From an uncultured Rubrivivax sp. (lineage in GTDB: Bacteria > Pseudomonadota > Gammaproteobacteria > Burkholderiales > Burkholderiaceae_C): a stretch of DNA of 49,396 nt. The notes beneath the pieces were generated by a model, which saw only the letters and a list, made by a program, of their open reading frames with translations, searched no databases and had not been told where the DNA came from. The stretch is from NCBI GenBank assembly GCA_937975735.1, contig CALJUI010000063.1, positions 1-49,396 of the forward strand. The letters run 5' to 3'. The translations under genes were made by a program, and so were the position numbers. This document shows positions 13,042-20,761 of this stretch, piece by piece (the first letter of the stretch is position 1; each line of letters opens with the position of its first letter).

Positions 13042-13958
13042 GTCGCGTGCTCCGGTATGGGCAGTCCGCCCAGGCATCGAACCGCGTCGTCGAGCGAGGC
13101 GTACTCGAACTCGTAGGACCGGGAGCGTTCGACGAGGTCGGCCAGGGTCTGGAATCCGACCGCGCCGTGCACGTTGTAGTTGAACGCGTTGTCGATCAGC
13201 CGCATCATCGATTGGGCATTGGACAGCGCCGTCAGCCGCGCCTCGGCCCCTGGGATCCACTTGGGCAGAACGATCCAGGCCGTGGTCGCACGCCGGTCGG
13301 CCGACGCGACGGCTTCGACAGGCGGGCGGCAGTGCGCCACGGCGCCCTTGTTGGTTTCCCGGACCACGGGGCCGAACGCGGCCTCTGGCGCCCAGGCGCG
13401 GATGACGTCGATCGACCCGTTCTTGAGGCTGACCGGCCGCGGGATCGGCAGCAACTCCAGCGTCGCGGGATCGATGACGGCGAGTTCGTCGGACAGCAGG
13501 CGCCAGCCGCGGTGGATAAGGCCGGCGCACAGCGTGCTCTTGCCCGACCCGGGCGGCGCCGGCAGGATCATCGCGTGGCCGTCGCGCTCGACGACCGCTG
13601 CATGCAGGATCAGGAACTGGTGGCAGTGGCTGGTGATGCACCAGTTCAGTCCCCACTCGAGCATCGGGAAGCCCTGGTCGCCCGGCAAGGGCGCAAAAGG
13701 CGCCTCACCGTCGACGCGGAACTCCACCTGAGGCCTCCACCATCGACGCCAGCCCTGAGGGCGATCGACACGAACGTCGAAGTCGGCGAACTCGTCGGAC
13801 TCGAGGACCGGATGGTGGGCGTAATGCAGCGTGATGCCTTCGACGACGGCGGGCAGCCGCGATCGGATGCGCGACACGACCGGACCGGTCCGGATCGACA
13901 AGCCGGTGTCGGCCAAACGCCGCTGCAGCTGGGAACGGGAAAGGTCGGCGAGCTTCAC
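13038..13958 (-). CDS. HprK-related kinase A
   Basis: LHAAVV, Walker A APPGSGKST, WRLLSDE, PRPVSLKN. GTG start at 13958 overlaps the upstream TGA (GTGA). Confidence 0.88.
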   Translation of the reverse strand: MKLADLSRSQLQRRLADTGLSIRTGPVVSRIRSRLPAVVEGITLHYAHHPVLESDEFADFDVRVDRPQGWRRWWRPQVEFRVDGEAPFAPLPGDQGFPMLEWGLNWCITSHCHQFLILHAAVVERDGHAMILPAPPGSGKSTLCAGLIHRGWRLLSDELAVIDPATLELLPIPRPVSLKNGSIDVIRAWAPEAAFGPVVRETNKGAVAHCRPPVEAVASADRRATTAWIVLPKWIPGAEARLTALSNAQSMMRLIDNAFNYNVHGAVGFQTLADLVERSRSYEFEYASLDDAVRCLGGLPIPEHAT

Positions 13959-14254
13959 AGCCCGCGCGATTCTGCCAGTCCGCATTGCTGCAGGCTGTCC
14001 AGGATGTCGCGCAATGCGCGCTCTTCTTCGGCGCTCGGCGCGTTGCTCTCGACCTCGTCGCCCAGATGATCGAGGATCCGCGTCAGACTCGTCGGGCCGA
14101 GCTCACGCAGGGCGTCGTAGACCGCCAATGCGGCCGGCGACAGCAGATGCGTGCTCGACGATCGACTGTCGTAGACGACAGCCTCGTGCCCCCAGACGCG
14201 GATCAGGGTGTTCGACGCACGGTCGACAGCCCAGATCCGCTCGTCGGTGCTCAG
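13955..14254 (-). CDS. PqqD/RRE-family peptide chaperone (HPr-rel-A system type), about 99 aa
   Basis: W.HEAVVYD.RSSSTHLLS..A..V (three strands) followed by helices ending L.SLQQCGL, the PqqD-like layout. Start uncertain: CTG 14254 in a CTGA overlap, or GTG 14281. Confidence 0.75.
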   Translation of the reverse strand: MSTDERIWAVDRASNTLIRVWGHEAVVYDSRSSSTHLLSPAALAVYDALRELGPTSLTRILDHLGDEVESNAPSAEEERALRDILDSLQQCGLAESRGL

Positions 14255-14868
14255 CCGTAGGGCATCGTCGAACGCAGCCACGGATTGATGCCTCCGGTGC
14301 CGGCGGGCACACAGCTGTCGGAGAACCACTTGACGCCGGCGGTCGGCACGTAGTGGCCCCGCGTGGTGTAGCTCGTCCAGATGTCCTTGGCCGCGAAGGT
14401 GCTGCACAGCGTGGCCGGCACCTTGCCGCTGGCGGCATTCAGGTAGGCTGCGCAGCAGTGCTTGACGACCCCGTCCATGCCGGTGTCGGACGCCAGCTTC
14501 AGGCACTCCTTCAGTGTCTTCGCGCCGTAGCTGCCGTAGTCGGAGAAGACGTCCCGGAACAGCTTGGGACCGCCGGAACTCGTCTTGCACGATGCGGGCC
14601 AGGCCGACCAGTTCGAGTCCTTCGCCCACCAACCGGGCTTGCATCCCGACGAAGGCACGGTCGAGTGCGTATGGCTGACGCCGGTGGTCATCGAACCGAA
14701 GGCCGAAGCGGTCTTGACCGAGTAGGTCGCACGAACCGGCGCACTGACGAAGGTCAGGATCGCCGGGCTGGCGCCGACGCCGGCGCGCAGCAGGCGCCGC
14801 CGCGACGCCGATGTCGGCCGGGCGCTCGGGGTCGACGAATCCGGCTGGGGCGTTTGCTCGCTCATCAT
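14251..14868 (-). CDS. Hypothetical secreted protein with twin-arginine-like signal peptide; Ser/Thr-rich, 7 Cys
   Basis: GGAG RBS upstream; SRRRLLRAGVGASPAILTFVSAPVRA (RR motif, hydrophobic stretch, VRA cleavage-like site); stop overlaps the PqqD-like frame. Confidence 0.75.
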   Translation of the reverse strand: MMSEQTPQPDSSTPSARPTSASRRRLLRAGVGASPAILTFVSAPVRATYSVKTASAFGSMTTGVSHTHSTVPSSGCKPGWWAKDSNWSAWPASCKTSSGGPKLFRDVFSDYGSYGAKTLKECLKLASDTGMDGVVKHCCAAYLNAASGKVPATLCSTFAAKDIWTSYTTRGHYVPTAGVKWFSDSCVPAGTGGINPWLRSTMPYG

Positions 14869-14896
14869 CGCTGCTCCGTTGCGGTTTCGAGTTTGA

Positions 14897-14923
14897 TTGA
14901 CATTCTAGGCATCGGGTTGTCAA
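14897..14923. promoter_or_regulatory. Inverted repeat TTGACA-N15-TGTCAA upstream of the Tat-protein gene (possible operator)
   Basis: Perfect 6-bp arms at 14897-14902 and 14918-14923 in a locally AT-richer intergenic gap; function inferred. Confidence 0.3.
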
Positions 14924-14984
14924 GAAGAGAGTGCCTGCGCCCCCATGAACGAGGGGCGACGGATCAAGGTGACGTGCATGCGTT

Positions 14985-15548
14985 TCATGCCACGTCCGGA
15001 CTCCGCGCCGCCGCTCGGCTCGACTCCAACCTGGCGATCAGACCGTCCAAGCCGACTCGGCAGAGATCGAAGACGCGTTCGAAACCGTCGGGTCCGCTGA
15101 AGTAGGGATCAGGGATTTCCCTGCCTTCGTGGCCGGGCACGAAGTCCAGCAACAGCCGGACCTTGTCGGCATGTTCCGGCGGGCAGCGCTCAAGCAGATC
15201 AGCCCGGTTGGTCAAGTCCATCGCCACGAGCAGGTCGAAACGCTCGAAGTCAGCATCCACCACCCGCCGCGAACGCGCGCGAGGCCGGGCCGTGATGCCG
15301 CGGCGGCGCAGCAGATCGGCTGCCCTCGGATCGATCGGCTCACCCCGCTCGGCGGCATGGGTGCCGGCCGAGTCGACGCGCAGACCCGGGGCGGCGCGGT
15401 GCAGCGCCATCGAATGGGCCATCGGAGAGCGACAGATGTTTCCCATGCAGACGAAGAGCACGCTGTGGCGGTCCGATCCGACGGCAGCGCCGCCGAACGG
15501 CCGACGGACCAGTTCAGAAAGCGACAAGATCAACGAGTTCGAGCCCAT
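14985..15548 (-). CDS. Low-molecular-weight protein tyrosine phosphatase (Wzb-like)
   Basis: P-loop VLFVCMGNICRS (CX5R), DSAGT, IPDPY. ATG 15548 preferred over TTG 15581. Confidence 0.92.
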   Translation of the reverse strand: MGSNSLILSLSELVRRPFGGAAVGSDRHSVLFVCMGNICRSPMAHSMALHRAAPGLRVDSAGTHAAERGEPIDPRAADLLRRRGITARPRARSRRVVDADFERFDLLVAMDLTNRADLLERCPPEHADKVRLLLDFVPGHEGREIPDPYFSGPDGFERVFDLCRVGLDGLIARLESSRAAARSPDVA

Positions 15549-15595
15549 GACAGTCACGGCCCGGGTGGTTGATGGCCGCAATGCCGGAAGGGGTT

Positions 15596-15611
15596 AGCAG
15601 GTGTCATGCCG
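15596..15611 (-). promoter_or_regulatory. Putative sigma54 (-24/-12) promoter for the leftward phosphatase-Tat protein-RRE-kinase-nucleotidyltransferase operon
   Basis: Minus strand reads CGGCATGACACCTGCT, with GG-N10-GC spacing close to the TGGCACG-N4-TTGCW consensus; about 50 nt upstream of ATG 15548. Confidence 0.55.
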
Positions 15612-15688
15612 TCCGGGCGATATGCGAGGCAAGACCGCATGGTACGGGGCGCCAGCTGCTGCGGTCGCGCGCTCGCGCCGTGCGGACG

Positions 15689-15705
15689 TGTAAGGCATCT
15701 CGACA
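15689..15705. promoter_or_regulatory. Putative enhancer (PrsR / bEBP binding site) TGT-N11-ACA
   Basis: TGTAAGGCATCTCGACA, about 80 bp upstream of the sigma54-like site. TGT...ACA dyads are typical of sigma54 activator sites; assignment to PrsR is inference. Confidence 0.45.
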
Positions 15706-15975
15706 CTGTTGCACTGGCGAGTCGGTGCAGTCCGAAGCGCAGCAGCCACGGACACTTGGGTCTCGTCGGCGTGCAGAAATCACGCCCCGCGCCGTGAATT
15801 TTCCGCCGATGCCAAGCGCGCACCGCCACCTAGTTCATTGGCAGGTCTCGGACCTGTGCCACCATGGCGTTTGGCAGAATGGACCGGTTCGTCGAGACGC
15901 GAGGCCGACGTCGCCGAACCGAAATCAGCAGAACCATCGCCTCGACAAGAACCGACCGTGAAGGAAATTGCCGTG

Positions 15976-16608
15976 ATGCCCACCGCCCCCGCGTTTCTCC
16001 GTAGCCTGCGCCTCGGCGCGATCGGTGCGCTTGCCGTTGTTCTTGCCGCGTGTGCGAGTTCGGCGCCGAAGTTCCCGGCCGCGCCGGCCAGCGCCTCCGC
16101 GGGAGACTACAGCTACGTGATCGGCGCGGGCGACAACCTCAACATCATCGTCTGGCGCAACCCCGAGTTGTCCCTTTCGGTGCCGGTCCGGCCGGACGGA
16201 AAGATCTCCGCGCCCCTGGTCGACCAGCTGCAGGCGCAGGGCAAGACCTCGACCCAGATGGCGCGCGACATCGAGAAGGAGCTCTCGAAGTACGTCCGCG
16301 ATCCGGTGGTGACGGTGATCGTGACCGGCTTCGTCGGGCCCTTCAGCGAGCAGATCCGCGTCGTCGGCGAAGCGGCTCGGCCGCAGTTCCTTCCCTACAA
16401 GGAGAAGATGTCGCTGCTCGACGTGATGATCGCGGTCGGCGGGCTGACCGACTTCGCCGACGGCAACGGTGCGACCATCCTGCGCACTTCCGACGGCAAC
16501 AAGCAGTATTCGGTGCGGCTGAAGGACCTGATCAAGCGCGGCGACATCTCGGCCAACGTCGAGATGCGGCCGGGCGACATCCTGATCATTCCAGAGAGCT
16601 TCTTCTGA
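15976..16608 (+). CDS. Polysaccharide export lipoprotein, Wza-like (XrtA/PEP-CTERM-associated)
   Basis: AAGGA RBS at 15961; lipobox LAAC; YVIGAGD.L.I.VWRNPELS..VPVRPDGKIS.PL (Poly_export); SLBB-like GGLTDFA; ends IIPESFF. Confidence 0.92.
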   Translation: MPTAPAFLRSLRLGAIGALAVVLAACASSAPKFPAAPASASAGDYSYVIGAGDNLNIIVWRNPELSLSVPVRPDGKISAPLVDQLQAQGKTSTQMARDIEKELSKYVRDPVVTVIVTGFVGPFSEQIRVVGEAARPQFLPYKEKMSLLDVMIAVGGLTDFADGNGATILRTSDGNKQYSVRLKDLIKRGDISANVEMRPGDILIIPESFF

Positions 16609-16630
16609 ACGCGGCCCCGGACCACCTCTC

Positions 16631-18217
16631 ATGAACGATTTGCTTGCCCAAGTCACCGCGATCGTCCGCGGCATGTGGCGCTTCCGCTGGCCGGCGGTCG
16701 CCGTGGCCTGGGTGGTCGCGCTGATCGGGACGATCGTCGTCTTCAAGATCCCGAACCAGTACGAGTCGATGGCGCGGATCTATGTCGACACGCAGTCGAT
16801 CCTCAAGCCGCTGATGTCCGGGCTGGCGATCCAGCCGAACGTCGAGCAGCAGGTCGGCATGCTGAGCCGAACGCTCATCAGTCGCCCGAACATCGAGAAG
16901 CTCGTGCGCATGGCCGACCTCGACCTCGGGGCGAACACGAAGGCTCAGCAGGAGAAGGTGATCGAAGACCTGCTGAAGGAACTGAAGATCAGCAGCACGA
17001 CGAGAGACAACCTGTTCTCGCTGACCTACCGCGACTCCGACCAGGAGCGCGCCAAGCGCGTGATTCAGTCGATGGTCTCGATCTTCGTCGAGTCCAGTCT
17101 CGGCGCCTCGCGCAAGGACACCGACTCGGCCAAGGTGTTCCTGAACGAGCAGATCAAGACGTTCGAGGCCAAGCTCGAGGAGGCCGAGGCCCGCGTCAAG
17201 GAGTTCCGCCTGCGCAACCTCGACATGCAGATGACCGAGGGCAAGGATGCTGCATCTCGGATCGCCGAGTTGTCCAAGCAATTCGCAGATGCCCAGCTGA
17301 TGCTGCGCGAGGCCGAGAACGCGCGCGACTCGGCCAAGGCGCAGCTGGCTGCCGAGAAGGCCAACACGCGGACCAGCGGGCTGCCGGACCTGCTGAAGGA
17401 CACCTCCACCGGCAGCATCGCGACGCCGGAGATCGATGGCCGGATCGACGCCCAGAAGCGCGCCCTCGACGCACTGCTGCAGCGCTACACCGAGCGCCAC
17501 CCGGACATCATCAACACGCGCCGGCTGATCAAGGACCTGGAAGAGCAGAAGAAGCGCGAGATCGAGGAGCAGCGCAAGCTGCTGGCCAAGCAGCAGTCCA
17601 GCAACCCGGTGACGTCGAATTCCAGCCTGGCGGCCCAGGAACTGAACCGCATGCTGGCGGCCTCGGAGGTGCAGGTTGCGGCGCTGAAGGCCCGCGTCAA
17701 CGAGTTTGGGTCGCGGCTGGCCGCGGCGAAGACGGCGCTCAAGACCGCGCCGCAAATCGAGGCCGAAGCGGCGCAGTTGAATCGCGACTACGAGATCACG
17801 AAGAAGAACTACGAGGACCTGGTCGCCCGCCGCCAGTCCGCGGTGATGTCCAGCGATCTGGACTCCGCGTCGGGCGTGGCGGATTTCCGATTGATCGACC
17901 CGCCGCGCGTGTCGCCCAAGCCGGTGTTCCCGAACCGTCTGCTGCTGCTGCCGCTGGCCCTGGCAGCCGCGCTGGGCGCCGGGCTCTTCACCGCCTTCGC
18001 GGCGAGCCAGATCCGCCCGGTGTTCGCCGATCCCGCGGACTTGCGCGCGCGCACCGGGCTGCCGCTGCTGGGGATCGTCTCGGCAGTGCTCGGGGACGAG
18101 GATCTGCGCCGTGCGCGCATGGACCGCGTCCGATTCTTCCTGGCGTCCGGCGGCCTCGTGGTCGTCTTCGCCGCCGGCCTGATCGGCATGTCGATCATGG
18201 CCGCTCGTTTGGGTTGA
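16631..18217 (+). CDS. Polysaccharide chain-length determinant / co-polymerase (Wzc membrane-periplasmic part)
   Basis: N- and C-terminal TM helices, long coiled coil, YTERHPD, LNRDY, FRLIDPP...P.FPNR. Confidence 0.92.
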   Translation: MNDLLAQVTAIVRGMWRFRWPAVAVAWVVALIGTIVVFKIPNQYESMARIYVDTQSILKPLMSGLAIQPNVEQQVGMLSRTLISRPNIEKLVRMADLDLGANTKAQQEKVIEDLLKELKISSTTRDNLFSLTYRDSDQERAKRVIQSMVSIFVESSLGASRKDTDSAKVFLNEQIKTFEAKLEEAEARVKEFRLRNLDMQMTEGKDAASRIAELSKQFADAQLMLREAENARDSAKAQLAAEKANTRTSGLPDLLKDTSTGSIATPEIDGRIDAQKRALDALLQRYTERHPDIINTRRLIKDLEEQKKREIEEQRKLLAKQQSSNPVTSNSSLAAQELNRMLAASEVQVAALKARVNEFGSRLAAAKTALKTAPQIEAEAAQLNRDYEITKKNYEDLVARRQSAVMSSDLDSASGVADFRLIDPPRVSPKPVFPNRLLLLPLALAAALGAGLFTAFAASQIRPVFADPADLRARTGLPLLGIVSAVLGDEDLRRARMDRVRFFLASGGLVVVFAAGLIGMSIMAARLG

Positions 18218-18224
18218 CCCGCTC

Positions 18225-19193
18225 ATGAGCAGCTTGATCGAACAGGCCGCCAAACGCCTGGAGCAGTTGCGCCAGGCCGGCGTGTCGGTGCCGGAGTCGG
18301 CGCCCGCCGCGTCCACCGCGAGTCCGATGCCCAAGCGCAGCGAGTCAGCCCCCGGGCCGCAGTCGCGCCAGGTCGACATCGACTTCGCCGGACTGGACAA
18401 GGCCGGCATCGTGACGCCGAATTCACCGCGCTCGACCACCGCGGACCAGTTCCGCGTGATCAAGCGGCCGCTGATCGGCAACGCGATGGGGCGCGGCGCG
18501 GCTCCGGTGAAGCACGGCAACCTGATCATGGTGACCAGCGCGCTGCCGGGCGAGGGCAAGACCTTCACGTCGATCAATCTCGCGATGAGCATCGCGGCGG
18601 AGCTCGACAACACCGTGATGCTGGTCGATGCCGACGTTGCCCGCCCGTCCATTCTGCGGACGCTCGGGCTGCCGCCGGGTCCGGGCCTGCTGGACGTGCT
18701 GGAGCACCAGGTCGACATGTCCAGCGTCCTGCTGCGCACGAACATCGAGAAGCTCACGGTGCTGCCCAGCGGCGATCCGCATCCGCGCGCCACGGAACTG
18801 CTCGCCAGCGACGCGATGCGCGACCTGCTCGACGACATGGCGACCCGCTATGCCGACCGCATCATCATCTCCGCCTCGCCGCCGCTGCTGCTGACCACCG
18901 AGGCCCGCGTGCTCGCCACGCACATGGGCCAGATCGTCGTCGTGGTGCAGGCCGATCGGACCCTGCAGAACGACGTCCAGCATGCGCTGGCGACCATCGA
19001 GTCGTGCCCGCTGAAGATGATGGTGCTCAACAAGGCCCAGACCGAAACCGTCGGGCGCTACGGCTACGGTTACGGATATGGCTATGGTTACGACTATGGC
19101 TACGGCCAGGGCCAGGGCACCGACCCCGGCGCGTCGCCGAAGCCGGCGGCTGCCGGATCGGCGCCGGTGCAACCGCAGCAGCAGCCGGGCTGA
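18225..19193 (+). CDS. XrtA-associated tyrosine autokinase (BY-kinase cytoplasmic part)
   Basis: QFRVIKRPL, Walker A SALPGEGKT, Walker A' LVDADV, C-terminal Tyr cluster. Walker B reads IIISASPP rather than IIIFDSPP. Confidence 0.9.
   Translation: MSSLIEQAAKRLEQLRQAGVSVPESAPAASTASPMPKRSESAPGPQSRQVDIDFAGLDKAGIVTPNSPRSTTADQFRVIKRPLIGNAMGRGAAPVKHGNLIMVTSALPGEGKTFTSINLAMSIAAELDNTVMLVDADVARPSILRTLGLPPGPGLLDVLEHQVDMSSVLLRTNIEKLTVLPSGDPHPRATELLASDAMRDLLDDMATRYADRIIISASPPLLLTTEARVLATHMGQIVVVVQADRTLQNDVQHALATIESCPLKMMVLNKAQTETVGRYGYGYGYGYGYDYGYGQGQGTDPGASPKPAAAGSAPVQPQQQPG
19059..19106 (+). repeat. (Tyr-Gly)n coding repeat, the BY-kinase autophosphorylation cluster (8 Tyr)
   Basis: Encodes YGYGYGYGYGYDYGYG with varied synonymous codons. 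Confidence 0.85.
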
Positions 19194-19218
19194 GGCGACC
19201 GTCGGCGACGCTGATCCG

Positions 19219-20757
19219 ATGACCTTCCCCATCCGCCTCCGCGCGCCCCGGCCGGTTCCCTTGCTCCGACTCCTGGGTTGCAGCGGTCTGGCGCTCGCGG
19301 TGGGTCAGGCGGCTGCGCAGTCGACCGGCGCGACGTCGCGCCTGCAGATCGTGCCTTCGTTGTCCTTGTCGCAGTCGATCACCGACTCGCGTCGGGGCAG
19401 CGATGGCGTCGACCGCGCCGAGGCCGTGACGACGATCGCCCCCGGTGTGCGCATCACCAGCCGGTCGGGGCGGGTGCAGGGCACGGTCGACTACTCGCTG
19501 GCCGGCCTGGTATATGCGCGGGATAACGACGCCAACGAGATCCAGCACCAGCTGTCGGCGGCCGTCACGGCCGAGGCCGTGCAGGACCATCTGACCGTCG
19601 ACCTGCGCGGCAGCATCTCGCGACAGGCGGTGTCGGCGTTCGGCTTGCAGTCCGCCGACCCGACGACCGCGTCGAGCAACTACTCCCAGGTCAAGACCTT
19701 CAGCGTGGCGCCGGTGTTCCGCGCGACGCTGGGCGGTGTGCTCGACTTCCGGACCAGCCTGGTGCTCTCGGCCACCGACACCGGCACCAACTCGATTTCC
19801 GACTCGACCAACGGCACCGCGCTGGTCCACCTGGGTTCCGTGCCCGGCAGCGCGCGCGTCGGCTGGGGGCTCGATGCCTCGAGGCAGATCGTCGACTTCG
19901 ATCGTGGCCGCCGCACCGAGGAAGACCGCCTCGTCGCGAGCGTCGGGGTGCTGATCAACCCGGAACTGCGCGTCGACGTGCGGGCTGGTGTCGAAGACAG
20001 CAATGTCGCGACGCTCACCAAGGACCGCACCAACACGTGGGGCGGCGGATTCGTCTGGACGCCGTCGCAGCGCACGCGACTGGCGGCCAGCGCCGACCGT
20101 CGCTCCTTCGGGCATTCGCATGCCTTCGAGTTCCAGCACCGGATGCGCCGGACGGTGCTGCGGCTGAGCGACCGCCAGGACGTGACCAGCGGCGCCAACG
20201 CCAGCGGCGCGGTGATCCCCGCCTTCGATCTGTTCTTCGCGCTGTTCGCGTCGCAGGAGCCCGATCCGATCCTGCGGGAACAGCTGGTGAACGACCTGCT
20301 GCGTCGCAACAACCTGTCGCCGGCCGAGCTCGTCAACGGTGGTTTCCTGACGGGCAGCTCCGCCTTGCAGCGACGACAGGAGATCTCGCTGGCGGTCGAA
20401 GGCGTTCGCACGACCTACCTCGTGTCGGTCTTCAACACCGACAGCCGCCGCGCGTTCGAGCTGATCACCGGCGGCGACGACCTCGACCTGGGCAGCCTCG
20501 CGCAGCGGGGCCTCAGCTTTTCGGTGTCGCACCGGCTCACGCCGACCGCGGCGCTGGGCCTCAATGCGACCTTCCAGCGCTCGCGTGCCGACACCGGCAC
20601 GCGCTCGGGCCGCCTCAACACCGTCACGGCGAACTGGTCCGACCGGCTCAGCCGTCGCTCCAGCCTGACCATCGGCGTGCGTCACTCCACTTCAGACGGC
20701 AGCACGCAGTCGACCAGCGAGAATTCGGTGCTGGCCAACCTGCGCATGACCTTCTAG
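19219..20757 (+). CDS. PEP-CTERM system-associated outer-membrane beta-barrel protein (TIGR03016-like)
   Basis: Signal peptide ending AAAQ, alternating amphipathic strands, terminal Phe (LRMTF); conserved position after the kinase. Confidence 0.82.
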   Translation: MTFPIRLRAPRPVPLLRLLGCSGLALAVGQAAAQSTGATSRLQIVPSLSLSQSITDSRRGSDGVDRAEAVTTIAPGVRITSRSGRVQGTVDYSLAGLVYARDNDANEIQHQLSAAVTAEAVQDHLTVDLRGSISRQAVSAFGLQSADPTTASSNYSQVKTFSVAPVFRATLGGVLDFRTSLVLSATDTGTNSISDSTNGTALVHLGSVPGSARVGWGLDASRQIVDFDRGRRTEEDRLVASVGVLINPELRVDVRAGVEDSNVATLTKDRTNTWGGGFVWTPSQRTRLAASADRRSFGHSHAFEFQHRMRRTVLRLSDRQDVTSGANASGAVIPAFDLFFALFASQEPDPILREQLVNDLLRRNNLSPAELVNGGFLTGSSALQRRQEISLAVEGVRTTYLVSVFNTDSRRAFELITGGDDLDLGSLAQRGLSFSVSHRLTPTAALGLNATFQRSRADTGTRSGRLNTVTANWSDRLSRRSSLTIGVRHSTSDGSTQSTSENSVLANLRMTF

Positions 20758-20761
20758 CGCC

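Noticed and set aside
14255-14923. N-terminal 220 aa of the 322-aa ORF 13955-14923 as a PqqD fusion
   Set aside because: It overlaps the Tat-protein gene in another frame and is Arg-rich noise; only the last ~100 aa look like a real domain.
15780-15797. TCACG-N8-CGTGA dyad upstream of wza
   Set aside because: Too short to distinguish from chance without conservation data.
19059-19106. Hexanucleotide microsatellite / phase-variation tract
   Set aside because: Synonymous codons vary between units, so it is a protein-level Tyr cluster typical of BY-kinases.
16631-19193. Split Wzc as a frameshifted pseudogene
   Set aside because: Separate co-polymerase and kinase genes are the normal arrangement in XrtA loci, and both have proper starts and stops.
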